64,000 nucleotides of DNA from Eledone cirrhosa (lineage: Eukaryota). Shown piece after piece: positions 30,118-46,558 of this stretch. The notes beneath the pieces were generated by a model. That model saw nothing but the letters and a program-made list of their open reading frames with translations. It was not told the DNA's origin and did no database searches. The stretch is taken from contig OZ024742.1 in assembly GCA_964016885.1 (NCBI GenBank), positions 15,128,001 to 15,192,000 of the forward strand. Direction: 5' to 3'. Within the stretch, counting starts at the first letter, position 1; each line of letters starts with the position of its first letter. A program made the position numbers and the translations under genes.

Positions 30118-33100
30118 TGGTGAGGTGGCACCACTTAGCTCAAACTAATCATATCTAAATTACCATATATATATATATATATTGGTGAGGTGGCACCACT
30201 AAGCTGAAACTAATCATATCTAAATTACCATATATATATATTGGTGAGGTGGCACCACTTAGCTCAAACTAATCACATCTAAATTACCATATATATATAT
30301 TGGTGAGGTGGTACCACTTAGCTGAAACTAATCATATCTAAATTACCATATACATATATTGGTGAGGTGGCACCACTTAGCTGAAACTAATCATATCTAA
30401 ATTACCATATATATTGGTGAGGTGGCACCACTTAGCTCAAACTAATCATATCTAAATTACCATATATATATATATTGGTGAGGTGGCACCACTTAACTGA
30501 AACTAATCATATCTAAATTACCATATATATTGGTGAGGTGGCACCACTTAGCTCAAACTAATCATATCTAAATTACCATATATATTGGTGAGGTGGCACC
30601 ACTTAGCTGAAACTAATCATATCTAAATTACCATATATATATATATTGGTGAGGTGGCACTACTTAGCTCAAACTAATCATATCTAAATTACCATATATA
30701 TTGGTGAGGTGGCACCACTTAGCTCAAACTAATCATATCTAAATTACCATATATATATATATTGGTGAGGTGGTACCACTTAGCTCAAACTAATCACATC
30801 TAAATTACCATATATATTGGTGAGGTGGCACCACTTAGCTCAAACTAATCATATCTAAATTACCATATATATTGGTGATGTGGTACCACTTAGCTCAAAC
30901 TAATCATATCTAAATTACCATATATATATATATTGGTGAGGTGGCACCACTTAGCTCAAACTAATCATATCTAAATTACCATATATATTGGTGAGGTGGC
31001 ACCACTTAGCTCAAACTAATCATATCTAAATTACCATATATATATATATTGGTGAGGTGGCACCACTTAGCTCAAACTAATCATATCTAAATTACCATAT
31101 ATATTGGTGAGGTGGCACCACTTAGCTCAAACTAATCATATCTAAATTACCATATATATATATTGGTGAGGTGGCACCACTTAGCTCAAACTAATCATAT
31201 CTAAATTACCATATATATATATATTGGTGAGGTGGCACCACTTAGCTCAAACTAATCACATCTAAATTACCATATATATTGGTGAGGTGGCACCACTTAG
31301 CTCAAACTAATCATATCTAAATTACCATATATATATATATTGGTTAGGTGGCACCACTTAGCTCAAACTAATCATATCTAAATAAACATATATACATATA
31401 TTGGTGAGGTGGTACCACTTAGCTCAAACTAATCATATCTAAATTACCATATATATATATTGGTGAGGTGGTACCACTTAGCTCAAACTAATCACATCTA
31501 AATTACCATATATATTGGTGAGGTGGCACCACTTAGCTCAAACTAATCATATCTAAATTACCATATATATATATTGGTGAGGTGGTACCACTTAGCTCAA
31601 ACTAATCACATCTAAATTACCATATATATTGGTGAGGTGGCACCACTTAGCTCAAACTAATCATATCTAAATTACCATATATATATATATTGGTGAGGTG
31701 GCACCACTTAGCTCAAACTAATCATATCTAAATTAACATATATACATATATTGGTGAGGTGGCACCACTTAGCTCAAACTAATCATATCTAAATTACCAT
31801 ATATATATATTGGTGAGGTGGCACCACTTAGCTCAAACTAATCACATCTAAATTACCATATATATATATTGGTGAGTTGGTACCACTTAGCTCAAACTAA
31901 TCACATCTAAATTACCATATATATATATTGGTGAGGTGGTACCACTTAGCTCAAACTAATCATATCTAAATTACCATATATATTGGTGAGGTGGCACCAC
32001 TTAGCTCAAACTAATCACATCTAAATTACCATATATATATATTGGTGAGATGGTACCACTTAGCTCAAACTAATCATATCTAAATTACCATATATATTGG
32101 TGAGGTGGCACCACTTAGCTCAAACTAATCACATCTAAATTACCATATATATATATTGGTGAGGTGGTACCACTTAGCTCAAACTAATCATATCTAAATT
32201 ACCATATATATATATTGGTGAGGTGGCACCACTTAGCTCAAACTAATCATATCTAAATTACCATATACATATATTGGTGAGGTGGCACCACTTAGCTCAA
32301 ACTAATCATATCTAAATTACCATATATATTGGCGAGGTGGCACCACTTAGCTCAAACTAATCATATCTAAATTACCATATATATTGGTGAGGTGGCACCA
32401 CTTAGCTCAAACTAATCATATCTAAATTACCATATATATTGGTGATGTGGTACCACTTAACTCAAACTAATCATATCTAAATTACCATATATATATATAT
32501 TGGTGAGGTGGCACCACTTAGCTCAAACTAATCATATCTAAATTACCATATATATATATATTGGTGAGGTGGCACCACTTAGCTCAAACTAATATCTAAA
32601 TTACCATATATATTGGTGAGGTGGCACCACTTAGCTCAAACTAATCATATCTAAATTACCATATATATATATTGGTGAGGTGGCACCACTTAGCTCAAAC
32701 TAATCATATCTAAATTACCATATATATATATATTGGTGAGGTGGCACCACTTAGCTCAAACTAATCATATCTAAATTACCATATATATTGGTGAGGTGGC
32801 ACCACTTAGCTCAAACTAATCACATCTAAATTACCATATATATTGGTGAGGTGGCACCACTTAGCTCAAACTAATCATATCTAAATTACCATATATATAT
32901 ATATTGGTGAGGTGGCACCACTTAGCTCAAACTAATCATATCTAAATTAACATATATACATATATTGGTGAGGTGGTACCACTTAGCTCAAACTAATCAT
33001 ATCTAAATTACCATATATATATATTGGTGAGGTGGTACCACTTAGCTCAAACTAATCACATCTAAATTACCATATATATTGGTGAGGTGGCACCACTTAG

Positions 33101-34054
33101 CTCAAACTAATCATATCTAAATTACCATATATATATATTGGTGAGGTGGTACCACTTAGCTCAAACTAATCACATCTAAATTACCATATATATTGGTGAG
33201 GTGGCACCACTTAGCTCAAACTAATCATATCTAAATTACCATATATATATATATTGGTGAGGTGGCACCACTTAGCTCAAACTAATCATATCTAAATTAC
33301 CATATATATATATTGGTGAGGTGGTACCACTTAGCTCAAACTAATCACATCTAAATTACCATATATATTGGTGAGGTGGTACCACTTAGCTCAAACTAAT
33401 CAAATCTAAATTACCATATATATTAGTGAGGTGGCACCACTTAACTCAAACTAATCATATCTAAATTACCATATATATTGGTGAGGTGGCACCACTTAGC
33501 TCAAACTAATCATATCTAAATTACCATATATATATATATTGGTGAGGTGGTACCACTTAGCTCAAACTAATCACATCTAAATTACCATATATATTGGTGA
33601 GGTGGCACCACTTAGCTCAAACTAATCATATCTAAATTACCATATATATTGGTGAGGTGGCACTACTTAGCTCAAACTAATCACATCTAAATTACCATAT
33701 ATATATATTGGTGAGGTGGTACCACTTAGCTCAAACTAATCACATCTAAATTACCATATATATATATTGGTGAGGTGGCACCACTTAGCTCAAACTAATC
33801 ATATCTAAATTACCATATATATATATTGGTGAGGTGGCACCACTTAGCTCAAACTAATCACATCTAAATTACCATATATATATATTGGTGAGGTGGTACC
33901 ACTTAGCTCAAACTAATCATATCTAAATTACCATATATATTGGTGAGGTGGCACCACTTAGCTCAAACTAATCATATCTAAATTACCATATATATATATT
34001 GGTGAGGTGGCACCACTTAGCTCAAACTAATCATATCTAAATTACCATATATAT

Positions 34055-34117
34055 GGCCATCCAAACCCATGCAAGCGTGGAACACGGACGTCAAACGATG
34101 ATGATGATGATGATGAT
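34055..34117 (+). mobile_element. Insert copy 13 (first of doublet)
   Basis: Same body, (GAT)7. Confidence 0.6.
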
Positions 34118-34286
34118 TGGTGAGGTGGCACCACTTAGCTCAAACTAATCATATCTAAATTACCATATATATTGGTGAGGTGGCACCACTTAGCTCAAAC
34201 TAATCATATCTAAATTACCATATATATATATTGGTGAGGTGGCACCACTTAGCTCAAACTAATCATATCTAAATTACCATATATAT

Positions 34287-34343
34287 GGCCATCCAAACCC
34301 ATGCAAGCGTGGAACACGGACGTCAAACGATGATGATGATGAT
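34287..34343 (+). mobile_element. Insert copy 14, contracted tail (GAT)5, 57 bp
   Basis: Same body; the only copy seen with a shorter tail. Confidence 0.6.
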
Positions 34344-36681
34344 TGGTGAGGTGGCACCACTTAGCTCAAACTAATCATATCTAAATTACCATATATATAT
34401 ATATATATATTGGTGAGGTGGCACCACTAAGCTGAAACTAATCATATCTAAATTACCATATATATATATTGGTGAGGTGGTACCACTTAGCTCAAACTAA
34501 TCATATCTAAATTACCATATACATATACTGGTGAGGTGGCACCACTTAGCTGAAACTAATCATATCTAAATTACCATATATATTGGTGAGGTGGCACCAC
34601 TTAGCTCAAACTAATCATATCTAAATTACCATATATATATATATTGGTGAGGTGGCACCACTTAGCTCAAACTAATCATATCTAAATTACCATATATATA
34701 TATTGGTGAGGTGGCACCACTTAGCTCAAACTAATCATATCTAAATTACCATATATATATATATTGGTGAGGTGGCACCACTTAGCTGAAACTAATCATA
34801 TCTAAATTACCATATATATATATATTGGTGAGGTGGCACTACTTAGCTCAAACTAATCATATCTAAATTACCATATATATTGGTGAGGTGGCACCACTTA
34901 GCTCAAACTAATCATATCTATATTACCATATATATATATATTGGTGAGGTGGTACCACTTAGCTCAAACTAATCACATCTAAATTACCATATATATTGGT
35001 GAGGTGGCACCACTTAGCTCAAACTAATCATATCTATATTACCATATATATATATATTGGTGAGGTGGCACCACTTAGCTCAAACTAATCATATCTAAAT
35101 TACCATATATATATATATTGGTGAGGTGGCACCACTTAGCTCAAACTAATCATATCTAAATTACCATATATATTGGTGAGGTGGCACCACTTAGCTCAAA
35201 CTAATCATATCTAAATTACCATATATATATATTGGTGAGGTGGCACCACTTAGCTCAAACTAATCATATCTAAATTACCATATATATATATATTGGTGAG
35301 GTGGCACCACTTAGCTCAAACTAATCACATCTAAATTACCATATATATTGGTGAGGTGGCACCACTTAGCTCAAACTAATCATATCTAAATTACCATATA
35401 TATATATATTGGTGAGGTGGCACCACTTAGCTCAAACTAATCATATCTAAATTAACATATATACATATATTGGTGAGGTGGTACCACTTAGCTCAAACTA
35501 ATCATATCTAAATTACCATATATATATATTGGTGAGGTGGTACCACTTAGCTCAAACTAATCACATCTAAATTACCATATATATTGGTGAGGTGGCACCA
35601 CTTAGCTCAAACTAATCATATCTAAATTACCATATATATATATTGGTGAGGTGGTACCACTTAGCTCAAACTAATCACATCTAAATTACCATATATATTG
35701 GTGAGGTGGCACCACTTAGCTCAAACTAATCATATCTAAATTACCATATATATATATATTGGTGAGGTGGCACCACTTAGCTCAAACTAATCATATCTAA
35801 ATTAACATATATACATATATTGGTGAGGTGGCACCACTTAGCTCAAACTAATCATATCTAAATTACCATATATATATATTGGTGAGGTGGCACCACTTAG
35901 CTCAAACTAATCACATCTAAATTACCATATATATATATTGGTGAGATGGTACCACTTAGCTCAAACTAATCATATCTAAATTACCATATATATTGGTGAG
36001 GTGGTACCACTTAGCTCAAACTAATCATATCTAAATTACCATATATATTGGTGAGGTGGCACCACTTAGCTCAAACTAATCACATCTAAATTACCATATA
36101 TATATATTGGTGAGATGGTACAACTTAGCTCAAACTAATCATATCTAAATTACCATATATATTGGTGAGGTGGCACCACTTAGCTCAAACTAATCACATC
36201 TAAATTACCATATATATATATTGGTGAGGTGGTACCACTTAGCTCAAACTAATCATATCTAAATTACCATATATATATATTGGTGAGGTGGCACCACTTA
36301 GCTCAAACTAATCATATCTAAATTACCATATACATATATTGGTGAGGTGGCACCACTTAGCTCAAACTAATCATATCTAAATTACCATATATATTGGTGA
36401 GGTGGCACCACTTAGCTCAAACTAATCATATCTAAATTACCATATATATTGGTGAGGTGGCACCACTTAGCTCAAACTAATCATATCTAAATTACCATAT
36501 ATATATATTGGTGAGGTGGCACCACTAAGCTGAAACTAATCATATCTAAATTACCATATATATATATTGGTGAGGTGGCACAACTTAGCTCAAACTAATC
36601 ATATCTAAATTACCATATATATATATTGGTGAGGTGGCACCACTTAGCTCAAACTAATCATATCTAAATTACCATATATAT

Positions 36682-36744
36682 GGCCATCCAAACCCATGCA
36701 AGCGTGGAACACGGACGTCAAACGATGATGATGATGATGATGAT
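36682..36744 (+). mobile_element. Insert copy 15
   Basis: Same body, (GAT)7. Confidence 0.6.
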
Positions 36745-39284
36745 TGGTGAGGTGGCACCACTTAGCTCAAACTAATCATATCTAAATTACCATATATATA
36801 TATATATTGGTGAGGTGGCACCACTAAGCTGAAACTAATCATATCTAAATTACCATATATATATATTGGTGAGGTGGCACCACTTAGTTCAAACTAATCA
36901 TATCTAAATTACCATATATATATATTGGTGAGGTGGCACCACTTAGCTCAAACTAATCATATCTAAATTACCATATATATATATTGGTGAGGTGGCACCA
37001 CTTAACTCAAACTAAACATATCTAAATTACTATATATATATATTGGTGAGGTGGCACCACTTAGCTCAAACTAATCATATCTAAATTACCATATATATAT
37101 ATTGGTGAGGTGGCACCACTTAGCTCAAACTAATCACATCTAAATTACCATATATATTGGTGAGGTGGCACCACTTAGCTCAAACTAATCATATCTAAAT
37201 TACCATATATATTGGTGAGGTGGCACCACTTAGCTCAAACTAATCACATCTAAATTACCATATATATTGGTGAGGTGGCACCACTTAGCTCAATCTCATC
37301 ATATCTAAATTACCATATATATTGGTGAGGTGGCACCACTTAACTCAAACTAATCATATCTAAATTACCATATATATATATTGGTGAGGTGGCACCACTT
37401 AGCTCAAACTAATCATATCTAAATTACCATATATATATATTGGTGAGGTGGCACCACTTAGCTCAAACTAATCATATCTAAATTACCATATATATATATT
37501 GGTGAGGTGGCACCACTTAGCTCAAACTAATCATATCTAAATTACCATATATATTGGTGAGGTGGCACCACTTAGCTCAAACTAATCATATCTAAATTAC
37601 CATATATATTGGTGAGGTGGCACCACTTAGCTCAAACTAATCATATCTAAATTACCATATATATATATATTGGTGAGGTGGCACCACTTAGCTCAAACTA
37701 ATCATATCTAAATTACCATATATATTGGTGAGGTGGCACCACTTAGCTCAAACTAATCATATCTAAATTACCATATATATATATTGGTGAGGTGGTACCA
37801 CTTAGCTCAAACTAATCACATCTAAATTACCATATATATATATATTGGTGAGGTGGCACCACTTAGCTCAAACTAATCATATCTAAATTACCATATATAT
37901 TGGTGAGGTGGCACCCCTTAGCTCAAACTAATCATATCTAAATTACCATATATATATATTGGTGAGGTGGTACCACTTAGCTCAAACTAATCACATCTAA
38001 ATTACCATATATATTGGTGAGGTGGCACCACTTAACTCAAACTAATCATATCTAAATTACCATATATATTGGTGAGGTGGCACCACTTAGCTCAAACTAA
38101 TCATATCTAAATTACCATATATATATATATTGGTGAGGTGGCACCACTTAGCTCAAACTAATCATATCTAAATTAACATATATACATATATTGGTGAGGT
38201 GGCACCACTTAGCTCAAACTAATCATATCTAAATTACCATATATATATATTGGTGAGGTGGCACCACTTAGCTCAAACTAATCACATCTAAATTACCATA
38301 TATATATATTGGTGAGGTGGTACCACTTTGCTCAAACTAATCACATCTAAATTACCATATATATATATTGGTGAGGTGGTACCACTTAGCTCAAACTAAT
38401 CATATCTAAATTACCATATATATATATATTGGTGAGGTGGCACCACTTAGCTCAAACTAATCATATCTAAATTACCATATATATTGGTGAGGTGGCACCA
38501 CTTAGCTCAAACTAATCATATCTAAATTACCATATATATATATTGGTGAGGTGGTACCACTTAGCTCAAACTAATCACATCTAAATTACCATATATATTG
38601 GTGAGGTGGTACCACTTAGCTCAAACTAATCAAATCTAAATTACCATATATATTAGTGAGGTGGCACCACTTAACTCAAACTAATCATATCTAAATTACC
38701 ATATATATTGGTGAGGTGGCACCACTTAGCTCAAACTAATCATATCTAAATTACCATATATATATATATTGGTGAGGTGGTACCACTTAGCTCAAACTAA
38801 TCACATCTAAATTACCATATATATTGGTGAGGTGGCACCACTTAGCTCAAACTAATCATATCTAAATTACCATATATATTGGTGAGGTGGCACTACTTAG
38901 CTCAAACTAATCACATCTAAATTACCATATATATATATTGGTGAGGTGGTACCACTTAGCTCAAACTAATCACATCTAAATTACCATATATATATATTGG
39001 TGAGGTGGCACCACTTAGCTCAAACTAATCATATCTAAATTACCATATATATATATTGGTGAGGTGGCACCACTTAGCTCAAACTAATCACATCTAAATT
39101 ACCATATATATATATTGGTGAGGTGGTACCACTTAGCTCAAACTAATCATATCTAAATTACCATATATATTGGTGAGGTGGCACCACTTAGCTCAAACTA
39201 ATCATATCTAAATTACCATATATATATATTGGTGAGGTGGCACCACTTAGCTCAAACTAATCATATCTAAATTACCATATATAT

Positions 39285-39347
39285 GGCCATCCAAACCCAT
39301 GCAAGCGTGGAACACGGACGTCAAACGATGATGATGATGATGATGAT
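39285..39347 (+). mobile_element. Insert copy 16
   Basis: Same body, (GAT)7. Confidence 0.6.
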
Positions 39348-42300
39348 TGGTGAGGTGGCACCACTTAGCTCAAACTAATCATATCTAAATTACCATATAT
39401 ATATATATATATTGGTGAGGTGGCACCACTAAGCTGAAACTAATCATATCTAAATTACCATATATATATATTGGTGAGGTGGCACCACTTAGCTCAAACT
39501 AATCACATCTAAATTACCATATATATATATTGGTGAGGTGGTACCACTTAGCTCAAACTAATCATATCTAAATTACCATATACATATATTGGTGAGGTGG
39601 CACCACTTAGCTGAAACTAATCATATCTAAATTACCATATATATTGGTGAGGTGGCACCACTTAGCTCAAACTAATCATATCTAAATTACCATATATATA
39701 TATATTGGTGAGGTGGCACCACTTAGCTCAAACTAATCATATCTAAATTACCATATATATATATTGGTGAGGTGGCACCACTTAGCTCAAACTAATCATA
39801 TCTAAATTACCATATATATTGGTGAAGTGGTACCACTTAGCTCAAACTAATCATATCTAAATTACCATATATATATATATTGGTGAGGTGGCACCACTTA
39901 ACTGAAACTAATCATATCTAAATTACCATATATATTGGTGAGGTGGCACCACTTAGCTCAAACTAATCATATCTAAATTACCATATATATATATATTGGT
40001 GAGGTGGCACCACTTAGCTCAAACTAATCATATCTAAATTACCATATATATTGGTGAGGTGGCACCACTTAGCTGAAACTAATCATATCTAAATTACCAT
40101 ATATATATATATTGGTGAGGTGGCACTACTTAGCTCAAACTAATCATATCTAAATTACCATATATATTGGTGAGGTGGCACCACTTAGCTCAAACTAATC
40201 ATATCTAAATTACCATATATATATATATTGGTGAGGTGGTACCACTTAGCTCAAACTAATCACATCTAAATTACCATATATATTGGTGAGGTGGCACCAC
40301 TTAGCTCAAACTAATCATATCTAAATTACCATATATATTGGTGAGGTGGCACCACTTAGCTCAAACTAATCATATCTAAATTACCATATATATATATATT
40401 GGTGAGGTGGCACCACTTAGCTCAAACTAATCATATCTAAATTACCATATATATTGGTGAGGTGGCACCACTTAGCTCAAACTAATCATATCTAAATTAC
40501 CATATATATATATTGGTGAGGTGGCACCACTTAGCTCAAACTAATCATATCTAAATTACCATATATATATATATTGGTGAGGTGGCACCACTTAGCTCAA
40601 ACTAATCACATCTAAATTACCATATATATTGGTGAGGTGGCACCACTTAGCTCAAACTAATCATATCTAAATTACCATATATATATATATTGGTTAGGTG
40701 GCACCACTTAGCTCAAACTAATCATATCTAAATTAACATATATACATATATTGGTGAGGTGGTACCACTTAGCTCAAACTAATCATATCTAAATTACCAT
40801 ATATATATATTGGTGAGGTGGTACCACTTAGCTCAAACTAATCACATCTAAATTACCATATATATTGGTGAGGTGGCACCACTTAGCTCAAACTAATCAT
40901 ATCTAAATTACCATATATATATATTGGTGAGGTGGTACCACTTAGCTCAAACTAATCACATCTAAATTACCATATATATTGGTGAGGTGGCACCACTTAG
41001 CTCAAACTAATCATATCTAAATTACCATATATATATATATTGGTGAGGTGGCACCACTTAGCTCAAACTAATCATATCTAAATTAACATATATACATATA
41101 TTGGTGAGGTGGCACCACTTAGCTCAAACTAATCATATCTAAATTACCATATATATATATTGGTGAGGTGGCACCACTTAGCTCAAACTAATCACATCTA
41201 AATTACCATATATATATATTGGTGAGTTGGTACCACTTAGCTCAAACTAATCACATCTAAATTACCATATATATATATTGGTGAGGTGGTACCACTTAGC
41301 TCAAACTAATCATATCTAAATTACCATATATATTGGTGAGGTGGCACCACTTAGCTCAAACTAATCACATCTAAATTACCATATATATATATTGGTGAGA
41401 TGGTACCACTTAGCTCAAACTAATCATATCTAAATTACCATATATATTGGCGAGGTGGCACCACTTAGCTCAAACTAATCATATCTAAATTACCATATAT
41501 ATATATTGGTGAGGTGGCACCACTTAGCTCAAACTAATCATATCTAAATTACCATATACATATATTGGTGAGGTGGCACCACTTAGCTCAAACTAATCAT
41601 ATCTAAATTACCATATATATTGGCGAGGTGGCACCACTTAGCTCAAACTAATCATATCTAAATTACCATATATATTGGTGAGGTGGCACCACTTAGCTCA
41701 AACTAATCATATCTAAATTACCATATATATTGGTGATGTGGTACCACTTAACTCAAACTAATCATATCTAAATTACCATATATATATATATTGGTGAGGT
41801 GGCACCACTTAGCTCAAACTAATCATATCTAAATTACCATATATATTGGTGAGGTGGCACCACTTAGCTCAAACTAATCATATCTAAATTACCATATATA
41901 TATATATTGGTGAGGTGGCACCACTTAGCTGAAACTAATATCTAAATTACCATATATATTGGTGAGGTGGCACCACTTAGCTCAAACTAATCATATCTAA
42001 ATTACCATATATATATATTGGTGAGGTGGCACCACTTAGCTCAAACTAATCATATCTAAATTACCATATATATATATATTGGTGAGGTGGCACCACTTAG
42101 CTCAAACTAATCATATCTAAATTACCATATATATTGGTGAGGTGGCACCACTTAGCTCAAACTAATCACATCTAAATTACCATATATATTGGTGAGGTGG
42201 CACCACTTAGCTCAAACTAATCATATCTAAATTACCATATATATATATATATTGGTGAGGTGGCACCACTTAGCTCAAACTAATCATATCTAAATTAACA

Positions 42301-43463
42301 TATATACATATATTGGTGAGGTGGTACCACTTAGCTCAAACTAATCATATCTAAATTACCATATATATATATTGGTGAGGTGGTACCACTTAGCTCAAAC
42401 TAATCACATCTAAATTACCATATATATTGGTGAGGTGGCACCACTTAGCTCAAACTAATCATATCTAAATTACCATATATATATATTGGTGAGGTGGTAC
42501 CACTTAGCTCAAACTAATCACATCTAAATTACCATATATATTGGTGAGGTGGCACCACTTAGCTCAAACTAATCATATCTAAATTACCATATATATATAT
42601 ATTGGTGAGGTGGCACCACTTAGCTCAAACTAATCATATCTAAATTAACATATATACATATATTGGTGAGGTGGCACCACTTAGCTCAAACTAATCATAT
42701 CTAAATTACCATATATATATATTGGTGAGGTGGTACCACTTAGCTCAAACTAATCACATCTAAATTACCATATATATTGGTGAGGTGGTACCACTTAGCT
42801 CAAACTAATCAAATCTAAATTACCATATATATTAGTGAGGTGGCACCACTTAACTCAAACTAATCATATCTAAATTACCATATATATTGGTGAGGTGGCA
42901 CCACTTAGCTCAAACTAATCATATCTAAATTACCATATATATATATATTGGTGAGGTGGTACCACTTAGCTCAAACTAATCACATCTAAATTACCATATA
43001 TATTGGTGAGGTGGCACCACTTAGCTCAAACTAATCATATCTAAATTACCATATATATTGGTGAGGTGGCACTACTTAGCTCAAACTAATCACATCTAAA
43101 TTACCATATATATATATTGGTGAGGTGGTACCACTTAGCTCAAACTAATCACATCTAAATTACCATATATATATATTGGTGTGGTGGCACCACTTAGCTC
43201 AAACTAATCATATCTAAATTACCATATATATATATTGGTGAGGTGGCACCACTTAGCTCAAACTAATCACATCTAAATTACCATATATATATATTGGTGA
43301 GGTGGTACCACTTAGCTCAAACTAATCATATCTAAATTACCATATATATTGGTGAGGTGGCACCACTTAGCTCAAACTAATCATATCTAAATTACCATAT
43401 ATATATATTGGTGAGGTGGCACCACTTAGCTCAAACTAATCATATCTAAATTACCATATATAT

Positions 43464-43526
43464 GGCCATCCAAACCCATGCAAGCGTGGAACACGGACGT
43501 CAAACGATGATGATGATGATGATGAT
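43464..43526 (+). mobile_element. Insert copy 17 (first of doublet)
   Basis: Same body, (GAT)7. Confidence 0.6.
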
Positions 43527-43695
43527 TGGTGAGGTGGCACCACTTAGCTCAAACTAATCATATCTAAATTACCATATATATTGGTGAGGTGGCACCACTT
43601 AGCTCAAACTAATCATATCTAAATTACCATATATATATATTGGTGAGGTGGCACCACTTAGCTCAAACTAATCATATCTAAATTACCATATATAT

Positions 43696-43758
43696 GGCCA
43701 TCCAAACCCATGCAAGCGTGGAACACGGACGTCAAACGATGATGATGATGATGATGAT
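43696..43758 (+). mobile_element. Insert copy 18 (second of doublet)
   Basis: Same body, (GAT)7. Confidence 0.6.
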
Positions 43759-46263
43759 TGGTGAGGTGGCACCACTTAGCTCAAACTAATCATATCTAAA
43801 TTACCATATATATATATATATATTGGTGAGGTGGCACCACTAAGCTGAAACTAATCATATCTAAATTACCATATATATATATTGGTGAGGTGGCACCACT
43901 TAGCTCAAACTAATCACATCTAAATTACCATATATATATATTGGTGAGGTGGTACCACTTAGCTCAAACTAATCATATCTAAATTACCATATACATATAT
44001 TGGTGAGGTGGCACCACTTAGCTGAAACTAATCATATCTAAATTACCATATATATTGGTGAGGTGGCACCACTTAGCTCAAACTAATCATATCTAAATTA
44101 CCATATATATATATATTGGTGAGGTGGCACCACTTAGCTCAAACTAATCATATCTAAATTACCATATATATATATTGGTGAGGTGGCACCACTTAGCTCA
44201 AACTAATCATATCTAAATTACCATATATATATATATTGGTGAGGTGGCACCACTTAGCTGAAACTAATCATATCTAAATTACCATATATATTGGTGAGGT
44301 GGCACCACTTAGCTCAAACTAATCATATCTAAATTACCATATATATATATATTGGTGAGGTGGCACCACTTAGCTCAAACTAATCATATCTAAATTACCA
44401 TATATATTGGTGAGGTGGCACCACTTAGCTGAAACTAATCATATCTAAATTACCATATATATATATATTGGTGAGGTGGCACTACTTAGCTCAAACTAAT
44501 CATATCTAAATTACCATATATATTGGTGAGGTGGCACCACTTAGCTCAAACTAATCATATCTATATTACCATATATATATATATTGGTGAGGTGGTACCA
44601 CTTAGCTCAAACTAATCACATCTAAATTACCATATATATTGGTGAGGTGGCACCACTTAGCTCAAACTAATCATATCTATATTACCATATATATATATAT
44701 TGGTGAGGTGGCACCACTTAGCTCAAACTAATCATATCTAAATTACCATATATATATATATTGGTGAGGTGGCACCACTTAGCTCAAACTAATCATATCT
44801 AAATTACCATATATATTGGTGAGGTGGCACCACTTAGCTCAAACTAATCATATCTAAACTACCATATATATATATTGGTGAGGTGGCACCACTTAGCTCA
44901 AACTAATCATATCTAAATTACCATATATATATATATTGGTGAGGTGGCACCACTTAGCTCAAACTAATCACATCTAAATTACCATATATATTGGTGAGGT
45001 GGCACCACTTAGCTCAAACTAATCATATCTAAATTACCATATATATATATATTGGTGAGGTGGCACCACTTAGCTCAAACTAATCATATCTAAATTAACA
45101 TATATACATATATTGGTGAGGTGGTACCACTTAGCTCAAACTAATCATATCTAAATTACCATATATATATATTGGTGAGGTGGTACCACTTAGCTCAAAC
45201 TAATCACATCTAAATTACCATATATATTGGTGAGGTGGCACCACTTAGCTGAAACTAATCATATCTAAATTACCATATATATATATTGGTGAGGTGGTAC
45301 CACTTAGCTCAAACTAATCACATCTAAATTACCATATATTTTGGTGAGGTGGCACCACTTAGCTCAAACTAATCATATCTAAATTACCATATATATATAT
45401 ATTGGTGAGGTGGCACCACTTAGCTCAAACTAATCATATCTAAATTAACATATATACATATATTGGTGAGGTGGCACCACTTAGCTCAAACTAATCATAT
45501 CTAAATTACCATATATATATATTGGTGAGGTGGTACCACTTAGCTGAAACTAATCACATCTAAATTACCATATATATTGGTGAGGTGGTACCACTTAGCT
45601 CAAACTAATCAAATCTAAATTACCATATATATTAGTGAGGTGGCACCACTTAACTCAAACTAATCATATCTAAATTACCATATATATTGGTGAGGTGGCA
45701 CCACTTAGCTCAAACTAATCATATCTAAATTACCATATATATATATATTGGTGAGGTGGTACCACTTAGCTCAAACTAATCACATCTAAATTACCATATA
45801 TATTGGTGAGGTGGCACCACTTAGCTCAAACTAATCATATCTAAATTACCATATATATTGGTGAGGTGGCACTACTTAGCTCAAACTAATCACATCTAAA
45901 TTACCATATATATATATTGGTGAGGTGGTACCACTTAGCTCAAACTAATCACATCTAAATTACCATATATATATATTGGTGTGGTGGCACCACTTAGCTC
46001 AAACTAATCATATCTAAATTACCATATATATATATTGGTGAGGTGGCACCACTTAGCTCAAACTAATCACATCTAAATTACCATATATATATATTGGTGA
46101 GGTGGTACCACTTAGCTCAAACTAATCATATCTAAATTACCATATATATTGGTGAGGTGGCACCACTTAGCTCAAACTAATCATATCTAAATTACCATAT
46201 ATATATATTGGTGAGGTGGCACCACTTAGCTCAAACTAATCATATCTAAATTACCATATATAT

Positions 46264-46326
46264 GGCCATCCAAACCCATGCAAGCGTGGAACACGGACGT
46301 CAAACGATGATGATGATGATGATGAT
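46264..46326 (+). mobile_element. Insert copy 19 (first of doublet)
   Basis: Same body, (GAT)7. Confidence 0.6.
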
Positions 46327-46495
46327 TGGTGAGGTGGCACCACTTAGCTCAAACTAATCATATCTAAATTACCATATATATTGGTGAGGTGGCACCACTT
46401 AGCTCAAACTAATCATATCTAAATTACCATATATATATATTGGTGAGGTGGCACCACTTAGCTCAAACTAATCATATCTAAATTACCATATATAT

Positions 46496-46558
46496 GGCCA
46501 TCCAAACCCATGCAAGCGTGGAACACGGACGTCAAACGATGATGATAATGATGATGAT
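46496..46558 (+). mobile_element. Insert copy 20, tail variant (GAT)3-AAT-(GAT)3
   Basis: Same body, single G>A change in the tail. Confidence 0.6.

Larger units (their letters stand above)
27340..30450 (+). repeat. Higher-order block duplicate of ~6940-10050 (offset 20402-20404 bp; boundaries approximate)
   Basis: Inserts 7750/28152 and 9651/30055; GAGTTGG and TGGCGAGG variants in register. The 2-bp offset shift is explained by the deletion at ~8082. Confidence 0.85.
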
